Positions 29,007-39,102 of a stretch of DNA of 64,000 nt are shown one piece after another (position 1 is the stretch's first letter; the number at the start of each line of letters is the position of its first letter). Source of the stretch: a bacterium (GTDB taxonomy: Bacteria > UBA8248 > JACPRG01 > G963555815); the NCBI GenBank assembly GCA_965261595.1, contig CBDHDG010000007.1, positions 480,001-544,000 on the forward strand, given 5' to 3'. The notes beneath the pieces are model-generated. The model was not told the DNA's origin, ran no database searches, and saw only the letters and a program-made list of their open reading frames with translations. A program made the position numbers and the translations under genes.

Positions 29007-29393
29007 ATGAACGAACAAAAGCAAGAGGGGGCTTTGGCGGAGGGCGCCCGCAGGGCGAACGGAGCCAAGGCCCCAGGGCATCGCAGTGAGCGGGGTCGGT
29101 TCTCCTGCCAGCGCAAGCGGGAGGCGGTCCTGCGTCTTTTGCGGGGCGAGAGCCTGGAGACGCTCTGCCGCGAGTTGGGCACGACAGCGGCTCGGCTTTC
29201 CGCCTGGCGCGAGGCGTTCCTTCGCGGGGGCGAGGCGGCGCTCAAAGCCCGCCCGGCGGATGAGCGGGACGAGGAGAACGCCCGGCTCAAGGCCAAGGTG
29301 GGCGAACTCACGATGGAGGGCGAGGTCCTGCGGGAGAAGATCGACCGCCTGGAGGCCGGCCGCCCTTTAGCCGGCAGGAGGTGGAGGCGATGA
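29007..29393 (+). CDS. ISa OrfA
   Basis: As in the other copies. Confidence 0.88.
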   Translation: MNEQKQEGALAEGARRANGAKAPGHRSERGRFSCQRKREAVLRLLRGESLETLCRELGTTAARLSAWREAFLRGGEAALKARPADERDEENARLKAKVGELTMEGEVLREKIDRLEAGRPLAGRRWRR

Positions 29394-30298
29394 GTCAGGC
29401 CCGCTTCACCTCCACGGGCAGAGCCTACGGCCTGAAGCGGGTGTGCGCCCTTTGGGGCTTGGCGCGCTCCACGGTCTACGCGCAACGGCGGCGAGAGGCG
29501 GTCCCCGTTCATGAACGCCCCACGCCCAATAAGCGCGGCCCTGTGGGCCCGTGCACCGATGCGGAACTCCTCGGCCACATCCGGCAGGTCCTGGAGGACT
29601 CTCCCTTCCATGGCGAGGGCTACCGCAAGGTGTGGGCGAGGCTGCGCTTCGCGGGCATCCGCACCAGCAAGGAGCGGGTGCGTCGCCTGATGCGGGAGGC
29701 GGGGCTTCAGGCCCCCCACCGGGTGGGCAAACCCCGAGGTCCCAAGGCCCACAACGGGACCATCCGCACCGAGCGGCCCGACCGAATGTGGGGCACGGAC
29801 ATGACGACGACGGTGACCACCGAGGAGGGGGTGGCCTCGGTGTTCGTGGCGGTGGATCACTGCTCGGTGGACTGCGTGGGGATCCATGCGGCCAAGAGCG
29901 GCAACCGCTTCGAGGCCCTGGAGCCGATCCGGCAGGGGGTCGCCGAGCGCTTCGCCGGCTTGGAGGCGGACGTCGCCGAGGGGCTTAAAGTTCGTCACGA
30001 CCACGGCCCCGCCTATCTGTCCGATGACTTTCAGCGGGAGATCGCCTACCTGGGCATGACCAGTTCGCCCAGCTTCGTGCGGGCGCCCGAGGGAAATGGC
30101 TACTGTGAGTGGTTTATCCGCATCTTGAAGGAGAATCTCCTGTGGGTGCGCTCTTTCGCCACCGTAGAGGAACTGCGGTGGGCGCTGCTTGAGTTCAAAA
30201 ACCTGTACAACCATCATTGGATTCTCGAGGGCTACGGCTACCGAACGCCGGCCCAGGCAAGGCAGGAAAAACTCGCTCAAGTTGCGGAGGCCGCATGA
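29390..30298 (+). CDS. ISa OrfB DDE transposase
   Basis: As in the other copies. Confidence 0.9.
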   Translation: MSQARFTSTGRAYGLKRVCALWGLARSTVYAQRRREAVPVHERPTPNKRGPVGPCTDAELLGHIRQVLEDSPFHGEGYRKVWARLRFAGIRTSKERVRRLMREAGLQAPHRVGKPRGPKAHNGTIRTERPDRMWGTDMTTTVTTEEGVASVFVAVDHCSVDCVGIHAAKSGNRFEALEPIRQGVAERFAGLEADVAEGLKVRHDHGPAYLSDDFQREIAYLGMTSSPSFVRAPEGNGYCEWFIRILKENLLWVRSFATVEELRWALLEFKNLYNHHWILEGYGYRTPAQARQEKLAQVAEAA

Positions 30299-31044
30299 GG
30301 TCGAATACCCTCACCCGAGTGTCCAATAACCCAGGGGCGGTCCATCCCCTCCAGGCAAACCGCCGCCGCTTCCCGAAATGCGACAATCTCCCGCTCTGGA
30401 TTTCCAACAACCAGCAAGGCCGCCAGCCTGCCCAGAAACGGCAAATGCCCCACGATCATCAGCCCCCCCGTCTCTCCCCCGAGTTCATCGGCCAAGGGTT
30501 CGACGGGATCCATCGGACTGAGCCCGGATCGCTCCCGGACGCCTTCCCCGGAGATGACCGACCCGGCCAGGACCCCGGCCGTCTGGGCCGCCCGGAGCTT
30601 TTCACTGTGCGAGATGGAGCGCACGGAGATCCCGAGGGGCTTCAGGAATCGCGTAATCTTCTCCGCCTGTTCTTTCCCCCGGGCAGACAGCGGCCTCGCG
30701 GGGTCCGCCTCTTCGGAAACGGCCGCGCCGTGCCGGACCAGATAAAGACGCATGACTCACCTCCGCCCGCGATGACCGCGAGCGCGATAAAGTTGATCCC
30801 CGACCAGAGGCGCTCCGGCGACGGCCGTTTGAAAGAACCCCATGATATTCTATTCCGAATCCGGGTTCAAAATGAACCGGCCGTCCCGCGCGATATGTCT
30901 TCGGCCCGAAGCCCCGCGGGGGAGAAGAAAGGCGCTTTCTCGAAAGTCGCTGGATGGAAACGCCCGTCCATTTACAATACACTGTTCGAAAGAATCATTT
31001 CCAGAACACCCGTCGATCCATGGAATGAATTGGAGGATTGAGCA

Positions 31045-32112
31045 TTGAGCGGCGATGTTATCGCGGAAATCATGGAAAGCAGCAAAGGCCGGATGATCGG
31101 CGACGGGCTTCAGGCCGCCGACATCGATGAAATTCTTGAGCGATGCACCGGCTGGGGCGACTGGTACGAAGTCGTCACGGACATCGGCGACCGGTACGAG
31201 GCCATGGCCGAGGAACGGCTCTCCGGGGGATTTTCGATGTCGGCCGGCGAGTACCTTTGGCGGGCCTGCATGTATTACCACTATGCCCAGTTCTATATGT
31301 TCGAGCGCCCCGATCTCAGGGAGGCCGGACAGAAGAAAAAGGTCGAGTTGTATCAGAGGGCGGCGCCCCTCTTTTTTCCCCCGGCCGAGCGCGTCGATAT
31401 CCCGTTCGAAGAATTCACCATCCCCGGGTATCTTCGGCTCCCCCCCGGGGTGGAGAAGCCTCCCTGCGCCGTTCTCATCGGGGGGCTGGAAAGCACCAAG
31501 GAGGAAAGCCTCCTTTTCGAGCGCATGTGCCACGATCGGGGCCTGGCCACCTTCGCCTTCGACGGTCCCGGACAGGGGGAGATGTATTTCCAGACCCCGA
31601 TCCGCCCGGATTTCGAGCGGTTCACCTCGGCGGTGCTCGATTATCTGGAGACCCGGCCGGAAATCGACTCCTCGAAGTTCGGCGTCCTGGGCAGAAGCTT
31701 CGGCGGCCACTACGCCCCGAAGAGCGCGGCCCACGACGACCGGATCGCCGTCTGCGTCTGCTGGGGGGTCCTTTACGAGCTTCAGACCTACTGGTGGGAC
31801 ATGCACGACATCACGCGCAACGGCTTTACGTACTGCGCCGGGGAGACCGACCCGGAGAAGGGCAAAGAAGTCCTGAAAATGATCGACCTGAGCTCCTCAT
31901 CGGCGAAAATCACCTGCCCCCTCTACCTCCAGCACGGCGTGAAGGATGACCTCATCCCGCTCCACCAAGCCACTCGGCTGGAGAAGGAGGCCGTGAACGC
32001 GAGCGAGGTTGTCACCCAGTACGAACCCGAAGGGATTCACTGCTGCCACAACCTCTACCACACCACCCGGCTTCCGATGGCCGATTTCCTGGCGAAGCAT
32101 TTGAACCGTTGA
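31045..32112 (+). CDS. alpha/beta hydrolase, 2,6-dihydroxypseudooxynicotine hydrolase-like
   Basis: GGLESTKEE, FDGPGQGEM, GRSFGG nucleophile elbow, HCCHNL. Confidence 0.85.
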   Translation: MSGDVIAEIMESSKGRMIGDGLQAADIDEILERCTGWGDWYEVVTDIGDRYEAMAEERLSGGFSMSAGEYLWRACMYYHYAQFYMFERPDLREAGQKKKVELYQRAAPLFFPPAERVDIPFEEFTIPGYLRLPPGVEKPPCAVLIGGLESTKEESLLFERMCHDRGLATFAFDGPGQGEMYFQTPIRPDFERFTSAVLDYLETRPEIDSSKFGVLGRSFGGHYAPKSAAHDDRIAVCVCWGVLYELQTYWWDMHDITRNGFTYCAGETDPEKGKEVLKMIDLSSSSAKITCPLYLQHGVKDDLIPLHQATRLEKEAVNASEVVTQYEPEGIHCCHNLYHTTRLPMADFLAKHLNR

Positions 32113-32338
32113 TTGGAAACCCCCCGGAGGCCTTGATCCCGCGCAAGGGGGCCGTCCGTCCGGCCACGAATAAGGTTCGGGTTGATGAGGGGGGAGGGGA
32201 GTCCGAATTGGAAGCCCCTGGTCCGGGTGCGCCTTTCGGCCGATGATTCCTCGTCCCGATCGGGGATGCGGCATCATTCGCGGGGATGACCGGACCGGTC
32301 AACCAACCCGCCGCCTCGGGCCCGGCCGGGTCCGGGTT

Positions 32339-33250
32339 CTACTTCGCGCCTTTCCCGCCTTTTGCGGCCCTGCCTTCCACGCATTCCCCCGTCCAATCCT
32401 CGAGCATGCGGATCAGCGCCGTGTGGTCCCGGTCGCCCGCGCCGCCCTTGACGGCGAAGGCCAGCATTTGTTCCAGCAGGTTGCCGGTATGCATGGGAAT
32501 GTTCTCTTCCCTCGCCAGGCGGGTCGCGATGGAGATGTCCTTGAGCAGGAGTTTCAGGGGAAAGCCGGCGTCGAATGTCCGGGGCAGAATGTATTTGGGA
32601 AATTTGACTTCCGAGGTGTTGCTTCGGCCCGTACTCTGGTTGAGGATTTCAATCGTCCGGTCCGGATCGAGCCCCAGGCGCGTCGCGAGGATCATCGCCT
32701 CGCTCGTGGCCAGGAGGTGTGAGGCCGAAAGAAAGTTGTTCAGGGCCTTGAGAACGTGGCCCGCGCCCGGCCCGCCGACGTAATGGACGTTCGGACCGAA
32801 GACGCGGAGGACGGGTTCCGACTTCTCGAACAGATTTTCCTCCCCGCCGACCATGACGGTGAGCGTTCCCGCCACCGCCCCCCGGACGCCCCCGCTCACC
32901 GGGGCGTCGAGGAAGTCGATCCCTTTCTCCTTCAGAAGCGTTCCCAGCCGCCGGGTGCTGGACGGGTGGGACGTGCTCATGTCGATGATGACCTGCCCGG
33001 CCGCGGCCGTCCGGAGGAGCCCCCCTTCTCCCTCGACGACACCTTCCACGGCCTTCGAGTCCGGCAGGCTCAGCAGGATCGTCGGGGCATTTTCCGCGAT
33101 CTCGCCGAGGGATGCGGCGGCGCGTCCTCCGGCCTGGACAAAGGCCTCGACCGCGTCCGGGTTGATGTCATATCCCCAGACTTCGTGCCCGGCCTCGAGC
33201 AGCCGCCCCGATATGGGAATTCCCATGTTCCCGAGCCCGATGAAACCCAC
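32339..33250 (-). CDS. 3-hydroxyisobutyrate dehydrogenase/tartronate semialdehyde reductase-family oxidoreductase
   Basis: GFIGLGNMG, DAPVSGG, GAGHVLKALNN; start uncertain. Confidence 0.88.
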   Translation of the reverse strand: MGFIGLGNMGIPISGRLLEAGHEVWGYDINPDAVEAFVQAGGRAAASLGEIAENAPTILLSLPDSKAVEGVVEGEGGLLRTAAAGQVIIDMSTSHPSSTRRLGTLLKEKGIDFLDAPVSGGVRGAVAGTLTVMVGGEENLFEKSEPVLRVFGPNVHYVGGPGAGHVLKALNNFLSASHLLATSEAMILATRLGLDPDRTIEILNQSTGRSNTSEVKFPKYILPRTFDAGFPLKLLLKDISIATRLAREENIPMHTGNLLEQMLAFAVKGGAGDRDHTALIRMLEDWTGECVEGRAAKGGKGAK

Positions 33251-33414
33251 GCGCTTTTCGATCGGTTCAGATCCCTGGACGAATGCGTAGCATGGACGGC
33301 TTTAAATCGGGCCGGCGCGTTTCTTTGATGTTCCTGCTGCAAACTTGAAAAGACGCCGTGGTTTTCACCTTAGCTGTCAAGAATCTTCGTTGCATGGGAC
33401 ACAATTCTTCACCC

Positions 33415-34218
33415 TCAGTCCGCCATTCGGTTACGGTATAAACGGAGATCGGCATCCGTCACCTCATCCGGCGGCACAAGTTTATAGTGCTTTTCTGAAG
33501 AGATGCCGACGCCCTCTTCGTCTTTTTCGAATTCGAAAAGGGCGATGACATCATTCTGCATGAACTGAGCACCAACGGGTCGGCAGATCAGAGATGGAAA
33601 TTTGTGTGCACAGACCGCCAAATCCTGCTCAATCTGTACGATACTCAATTTATCGTTGCCCGCCTTGGCCTGGATGGGAAAGACGTAATGTGAGCCTCTC
33701 TTGTCTACACCGACGTACAACTCGTCCGTCTCCACTTGGCCGATATCCGGTGCGGTTGTGCGGAGATGGTTCTGGATCGAGTAGCAGGCAACACCCGTGA
33801 AGATATCCACCAGCCGATTGTATCGGACCTTCGCGAGAAGCGCCTGTTCATCGTTGAGAGCGTACTTCGCCACGAGTCCTGGCGTAGCATCCGGGACTTT
33901 GGTCGCGACCATGTTTTCGTTTGGGACAAGCGGTTTGTCGGTGACCAAAGCAAAACAGTATTTGGCCCGCCCTGCGGGCCGAATGATCCAGATGGTCTTT
34001 TCCGGCGCATGTTGCCTTATGCTCTCGGTTAATTCCGCGCGGTAGCGGAAGCTGTAGACTAGGTCACCTGGATTTTTGGGTAGTTTGAGCTTCATTTCGC
34101 TCGCGAATTTTACGATGTCCTCGCGCTCGAACGCAACTTCCCGCATTCCAGGCCTGAATTTCGAGTGGAAAATCTTCTCGATAATCGACGAGTAAACGTT
34201 TTTGTTTTTCCGGCTCAA
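33415..34218 (-). CDS. putative restriction endonuclease (PD-(D/E)xK-like)
   Basis: VETDELY...PIQAK motif; directly downstream of the MTase; atypical composition. Confidence 0.7.
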   Translation of the reverse strand: MSRKNKNVYSSIIEKIFHSKFRPGMREVAFEREDIVKFASEMKLKLPKNPGDLVYSFRYRAELTESIRQHAPEKTIWIIRPAGRAKYCFALVTDKPLVPNENMVATKVPDATPGLVAKYALNDEQALLAKVRYNRLVDIFTGVACYSIQNHLRTTAPDIGQVETDELYVGVDKRGSHYVFPIQAKAGNDKLSIVQIEQDLAVCAHKFPSLICRPVGAQFMQNDVIALFEFEKDEEGVGISSEKHYKLVPPDEVTDADLRLYRNRMAD

Positions 34219-34233
34219 ATGGGTGTTCCTTGT

Positions 34234-35592
34234 TCAGACCTTATCGCCCTGCCACCGAAGGACAACAACCTCCTCCCGGAGTTGTTTCTTGGTGGCCGTC
34301 GCCAATCGGGTGCGGAACAGGTCAATGCCGACCACTTCATATCCCAGAGATTGCGCAAGGTCGGCCACCAGCTGCCCTGTCCGAATCATCACTTGTAAAT
34401 AGGAAGCTTGGTCCCCCACCACATAGGCGAGAAGGGCGTCGGGCCGCAGGACGGCGCGCAGGTCGGAAAGATGCCGGTACATGCCTCCGAAATACAGCTT
34501 TGTCACCCTTGCGTACATTCTCTCAAAACCGGAGGTCTTGCCGAGTTCAAGCCGTCGATTCTCGATGGTCTCGGCGATTTGTTGTATCGCCTCATGATCG
34601 GCCACCAAGAGGTCGTCGCAATCGCCCTTGTAGACACCTCGGGTGTTGGAGCGCACCAAATTCTGCTTGAGCGAGCGTAAATCCTGCTTGTTCCGGATGA
34701 ACCCCAAAAGTACGGACTCCAGGCGCGTGGTTCGGGTGTAGTCCTTTTCATTCGGGTACGGCGGCGACGTGATCACGGCATCCACCGAGTTCGGCTCAAG
34801 GACGCCGCGAAGAGAACGAGAATCGGCCGGATGGACGATGGCCTCAGTGGGGGCTTTGTTTTTCAACGCTCGAAGGTCGTCCGCCATTGACCGAACGGCG
34901 CTCAACCATGTCGCGACCACCGGGGTGTTTGTCTTTGTAACGCGGACTCCGACCTCCGGTCCGAAGTGCAGATTGCTCACACCGGATAGGACCGCTTTCG
35001 CAACGGCCAAACGCTCATGCCGGACAAATCGCTCGTTTCTTTCCTTCTGGATCGTCTCAAGCAAGAGCAAAGTTTTGTGCAGTTGTAGAGGACTGATGGA
35101 ATCCTTAAGGAGCAAATTAAACGATTCTTCCGGGAGTGTTCGCAGCTTCAGACCGGAGGTCATGGAACTCCGAAACAACGGCCTGTCCTCGACATCTATA
35201 TCCTCCAGACCGTCTTCAGCGAACTTTTTCGTCGTCCGCTCCGCGATTCGATGCGCGTCTTCGACAAGTCCGTCCGGGTTAACGCGCCAATCGACTTTGA
35301 CCCGGCTGGCGAAGCACGCAATGGGGTTAGGTTCCGTCCCGACACTCGGAATGCCCAACTTCTTGCACTCGACCAAGGTTGTTCCAGTACCGCAGAACGG
35401 ATCCAAGACGCGCTTGCGGCCGTCCACGCCAAGTTTTTGCAAGTATTCGCGCACCAAGTGAGGCGGAAACGAAAGGACGAAACGATACCAGTCGTGAGCG
35501 GCGCGGTCGGCAAGCCGAAGACGGTTGTCCTCCCGTCCCCCCTTCTGCGGGGCGCGGTTTTCAGACTTAATCGCGATGGAGTTCGTTTTCAT
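34234..35592 (-). CDS. amino-type (probably N4-cytosine) DNA methyltransferase
   Basis: DPFCGTGTT (motif I) precedes TSPPY (motif IV). Confidence 0.9.
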   Translation of the reverse strand: MKTNSIAIKSENRAPQKGGREDNRLRLADRAAHDWYRFVLSFPPHLVREYLQKLGVDGRKRVLDPFCGTGTTLVECKKLGIPSVGTEPNPIACFASRVKVDWRVNPDGLVEDAHRIAERTTKKFAEDGLEDIDVEDRPLFRSSMTSGLKLRTLPEESFNLLLKDSISPLQLHKTLLLLETIQKERNERFVRHERLAVAKAVLSGVSNLHFGPEVGVRVTKTNTPVVATWLSAVRSMADDLRALKNKAPTEAIVHPADSRSLRGVLEPNSVDAVITSPPYPNEKDYTRTTRLESVLLGFIRNKQDLRSLKQNLVRSNTRGVYKGDCDDLLVADHEAIQQIAETIENRRLELGKTSGFERMYARVTKLYFGGMYRHLSDLRAVLRPDALLAYVVGDQASYLQVMIRTGQLVADLAQSLGYEVVGIDLFRTRLATATKKQLREEVVVLRWQGDKV

Positions 35593-35819
35593 TTTGTCAC
35601 GCTCAAGATGCGCTACAGCAAGCGCATGGTTAAAACGAAATCCGATTCTACCCTTTGTTGTCCCTCAAGGCCAATTCACGTATACTCGCGCACCAATTTA
35701 GAAAAATCATTCAATCGGCCTCAGTTTGAAACCGCCCCTTGAGCTCCAATCCGAAATTTAAAGGGCTCTCGGGAGCGTGCTTGGCCTGTTGCACAACCCC
35801 TCCCATGTGAGGATTCAAA

Positions 35820-36194
35820 ATGAAGATCGTGAATTCCCACGAGATCAAGGGCCACACCGCCGCGGGGGGGCGGCTCACGCGGATTCTCCTGGACCATGAA
35901 GTCGGCCTGGAAGACGCCGCGGTGGTCCAGGTGGACTTTGCCGAGGGGACGGCCTCGGAGTTTCATGCGCGCGAGGGACAAATCGAGATCCTTTACTCCC
36001 TCAAAGGGGTTAACGCCGTCGGCTATCCCGACGGGCGGCGTGATCTGCTTCCCGAAGGCAGCGCCGCTTACATGACCCCCGGCATCGAGCACCGGCACGA
36101 AAACGGCGGAACCCCCATGGCCACGCTCCTGGTCGTCTTCATTCCGCCCGGGAGCGTCACCGACGCCGTCCGCAAGCGCCCCCTGGAGGACTGA
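35820..36194 (+). CDS. cupin-domain protein
   Basis: FHAREGQIEILY and PGIEHRHEN cupin motifs. Confidence 0.8.
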   Translation: MKIVNSHEIKGHTAAGGRLTRILLDHEVGLEDAAVVQVDFAEGTASEFHAREGQIEILYSLKGVNAVGYPDGRRDLLPEGSAAYMTPGIEHRHENGGTPMATLLVVFIPPGSVTDAVRKRPLED

Positions 36195-36197
36195 CCG

Positions 36198-37556
36198 GTG
36201 GCCTCCCACATGGTGGACTCCGCGCTCTTCAAGGACCAGTTCGGCACCGAGGAGATGCGGCGGATTTTCGACGACCGGAACCTGCTTCAGAGGTGGATGG
36301 ACGTGGAGGCGGCCCTCGCCCGGGCGGAGGCGGCCGTGGGGCTGATCCCCGACTCCGCGGCGGAGGAGATCTCCCGCAGGTGCGAGGCGGACCTCCTGGA
36401 CGTCGAGGCCATCAAACGGGGCATCGACGAGACGAGCCACCCGATTGTGCCCTTCCTGCACGCCTACCAGGCGGTCTGCGGGAAGGAGGCGGGCGAATAC
36501 CTTCACTGGGGGGCGACGACCCAGGACATCATCGACTCGGGGATGGTTCTCCAGATTCGCGAGGCTTACGACGCCATCCAGCGCGACGTGTCGGAGATCA
36601 TCCGGATCATCTGCGACATGGCCCGGAAGTATCGGGACACGCTCATGGCGGGCCGGACCCACGGCGTCCACGCCCTGCCCATCACGTACGGTTTCAAGGT
36701 GGCGATCTGGGCGTGCGAGCTTCACCGCCACCAGGAGCGTCTCCGGGCGGCGAGGCCGCGGGTCCTCGTCTCCAGCTTGTTCGGGGCCGTCGGCACGCTC
36801 AACAGCTTCGGCAAGGACGCCTTGGAGATCCAGCGGCTCGTCTCGGAGGACCTGGGGCTCGACGTCCCGGAGATTTCGTGGCACTCGGCCCGGGACGGCG
36901 TGGCCGAGTGGACGGCCCTGCTCGGGCTTCTGGCGGGGACAATGGGGAAGATCGCCAACGAGATCATCAACCTGATGAAGACCGAGGTGGATGAGGTCGA
37001 GGAGCCCTTTCATCACGGGAAAATCGGAAGCTCCACCATGCCCCACAAGCGCAATCCGATGATCTGCGAAGCGGTGCTCGCCGCCTCGCGCATCGTGCGG
37101 AGTCACGTCCCGCTGGCGCTGGAGGTCATGATGTCCGAGCACGAGCGGGACATGTCCGCCTGGCAGGCGGAGTGGGAGTTCGTCCCCGAGGCCTGCATCC
37201 TGACCGGGGCCGTCCTCCATCAGATGAAGTTTGTTCTGTCGAACCTCATCGTGAAGCCCGACAACATGCGGAAGAACCTCGATGCCCTGGGCGGTCTGAT
37301 ACTCTCGGAAGCGGTTATGCTCCGCCTGGGCGAGTCCATCGGCCGGCAGACGGCTCACGATTTGGTGTATGAGATCAGCATGGAAACTTTCGAGAAAGGG
37401 GTCCCCTTCGCCGATCTGCTCGCAAAGGATGAGAAGGTCTCCGCCCATCTCTCCCCGGAAGAAATTGAGGGGCTGCTCGATCCCGCGAACTACGTCGCCC
37501 ATTGCGGAACCCTGGTGGATCGGGCCGTCGCGGCGTGCGAATCGGGTTCTTCCTGA
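36198..37556 (+). CDS. adenylosuccinate lyase/PcaB-like fumarate lyase family protein
   Basis: HWGATTQD, GRTHG, GSSTMPHKRNP signature. Confidence 0.88.
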   Translation: MASHMVDSALFKDQFGTEEMRRIFDDRNLLQRWMDVEAALARAEAAVGLIPDSAAEEISRRCEADLLDVEAIKRGIDETSHPIVPFLHAYQAVCGKEAGEYLHWGATTQDIIDSGMVLQIREAYDAIQRDVSEIIRIICDMARKYRDTLMAGRTHGVHALPITYGFKVAIWACELHRHQERLRAARPRVLVSSLFGAVGTLNSFGKDALEIQRLVSEDLGLDVPEISWHSARDGVAEWTALLGLLAGTMGKIANEIINLMKTEVDEVEEPFHHGKIGSSTMPHKRNPMICEAVLAASRIVRSHVPLALEVMMSEHERDMSAWQAEWEFVPEACILTGAVLHQMKFVLSNLIVKPDNMRKNLDALGGLILSEAVMLRLGESIGRQTAHDLVYEISMETFEKGVPFADLLAKDEKVSAHLSPEEIEGLLDPANYVAHCGTLVDRAVAACESGSS

Positions 37557-37750
37557 CCCGACCCATTCGGGCTTGAAACCCTCCGGACGCTGTGGTAAAT
37601 GGGAAGGGTTCGGAAACCGAAGGCGCGGCGATTGAGAATTCCTGGTGGGGTTGTCTCCGGCGGGGGAGGAGGGGAGCGGGTTTTGCGCGTCCGGCCGGGT
37701 CCCGGAAGGGGCTGGAGCGGGCGAAATCACAATGAGGGAGGACTGGTCTC

Positions 37751-38833
37751 ATGTCGAACGACTGGCCCGTAGCGGCCCACGATCCCAAAGACAGGGCGCT
37801 CGATTATTACATCTGCGATTGCGAAGCGCACATCATGCCGGAGGACTACCGGCGCTTCATCAAGTACTTCCCCGCCACGGCGACGTTCGAGTACGCCCAC
37901 AAGATGTGCAAGCACTGGCAGTGGACCGATCACGTCACGGGGAAGGAGTACAAACAACCGGGGATGGACTGGACCATGGAGAAGATCATCGCCGATTACG
38001 ATTCGTGCGGCGTCGATCAGTCCTGCCTGATGCGCGAGTCCTTCATCGACACAGCCATGGACCACGCCCCCTTCTCCACCAACCAGCACGTCATCGACGC
38101 CCTGGAGAAATACCCGGACCGCTTCATCGGCTGCTCCAACGTCGGTCCCTTCAGCAAGCGGAAGACCAGCGACATCCTCTGGGAGCTGGACTACCTCCAC
38201 ACGAACTTCAACTTCAAGACGACGAAGTTCTACATGCCCGAAGACACCTACATGAACGACCGGCGGCTCTGGCCCGTCTACGAGAAGTGCGAAGAGATGG
38301 GCATTGTCTGCTTCTTCCACACGGGGCTGACGATCCGCATCGGCTACACCAAGTACACCCTGCCGCGGCTCCTGGACGACGTGATGATCGATTTCCCCGA
38401 CCTCAAGGTGGTGGCCTACCACGGCGGCTACCCGTACTGGGAAGAGGCGGCCATGCTGGCGTGGAAGCACCCAAACTTCCACATCAGCTACTCGATCCTC
38501 CTGCCCTGGCTGCTGCGCGCGCCCGAGCGGTTCCTTCACATGGTCGGGACGACGATGCAGATCGCCGGGTCCGACCGCTTCATCTGGGGGAGCGACTGGC
38601 CGGCCTCGGATCCGGGACAGAGCATCCAGGCCGTCCTGAACCTCAAGATGACCGAAGAGCTTCAGGAGAAATACGGCTACCCGGAGATCACCAAAGAGGA
38701 CAAGTTCAAGTTTCTCGGCGGCAACTTGGCCCGCTTGATGGGCATCGACCCGAAGAAGGGCATGCTCAAGGCGAAGCGCGACGGGGCCCGGAAGAAACCC
38801 GCAAAGAAGCGCGCGGCGGGCGGAAAGCGTTAA
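37751..38833 (+). CDS. amidohydrolase family protein (Amidohydro_2)
   Basis: DCEAH, YPDRF, FHTG, FPDLKVVAYHGGYP, WGSDWP. Confidence 0.88.
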   Translation: MSNDWPVAAHDPKDRALDYYICDCEAHIMPEDYRRFIKYFPATATFEYAHKMCKHWQWTDHVTGKEYKQPGMDWTMEKIIADYDSCGVDQSCLMRESFIDTAMDHAPFSTNQHVIDALEKYPDRFIGCSNVGPFSKRKTSDILWELDYLHTNFNFKTTKFYMPEDTYMNDRRLWPVYEKCEEMGIVCFFHTGLTIRIGYTKYTLPRLLDDVMIDFPDLKVVAYHGGYPYWEEAAMLAWKHPNFHISYSILLPWLLRAPERFLHMVGTTMQIAGSDRFIWGSDWPASDPGQSIQAVLNLKMTEELQEKYGYPEITKEDKFKFLGGNLARLMGIDPKKGMLKAKRDGARKKPAKKRAAGGKR

Positions 38834-38890
38834 GAGATCGGGCGGCGCGAGTTTCTCGGCGCTCCATTCCGGAAATGGTTTCTCAGATCA

Positions 38891-38917
38891 AGCGGGCGGC
38901 CCGGCGGGCCGCCCGCT
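38891..38917. terminator. hairpin between convergent genes (probable terminator)
   Basis: Perfect 12-bp stem AGCGGGCGGCCC/GGGCCGCCCGCT; weak U tract. Confidence 0.55.
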
Positions 38918-39102
38918 CGCGTTTGTCGCGGAATGGGCCGGTGCGGTGATAAAACCGCTTAACCCGTATTTTCCTCAGACATTCCAAACAGGGCGGGTTT
39001 GGCGAAGGGTCTGACCCAACCCCGTCCGGACCCGGCCGCGCCGGGGTTTTCAATACGCCCCCCGGTCTTGCCGGGATTCGATGGTTTGCAAGAAATCCCC
39101 GA

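Larger units (their letters stand above)
28941..30344 (+). mobile_element. IS3-family ISa, copy 4
   Basis: 4-bp TSD TCCC; 1404 bp. Confidence 0.95.
28863..30753 (-). pseudogene. sixA: phosphohistidine phosphatase SixA, disrupted by ISa copy 4
   Basis: MRLYLVRHG, RAAQTA, IVGHLPFL; removing the IS restores ...VCLEGTPNAGGLTEQVWRIAWTVTPETLP* ending at 28863. Confidence 0.88.
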
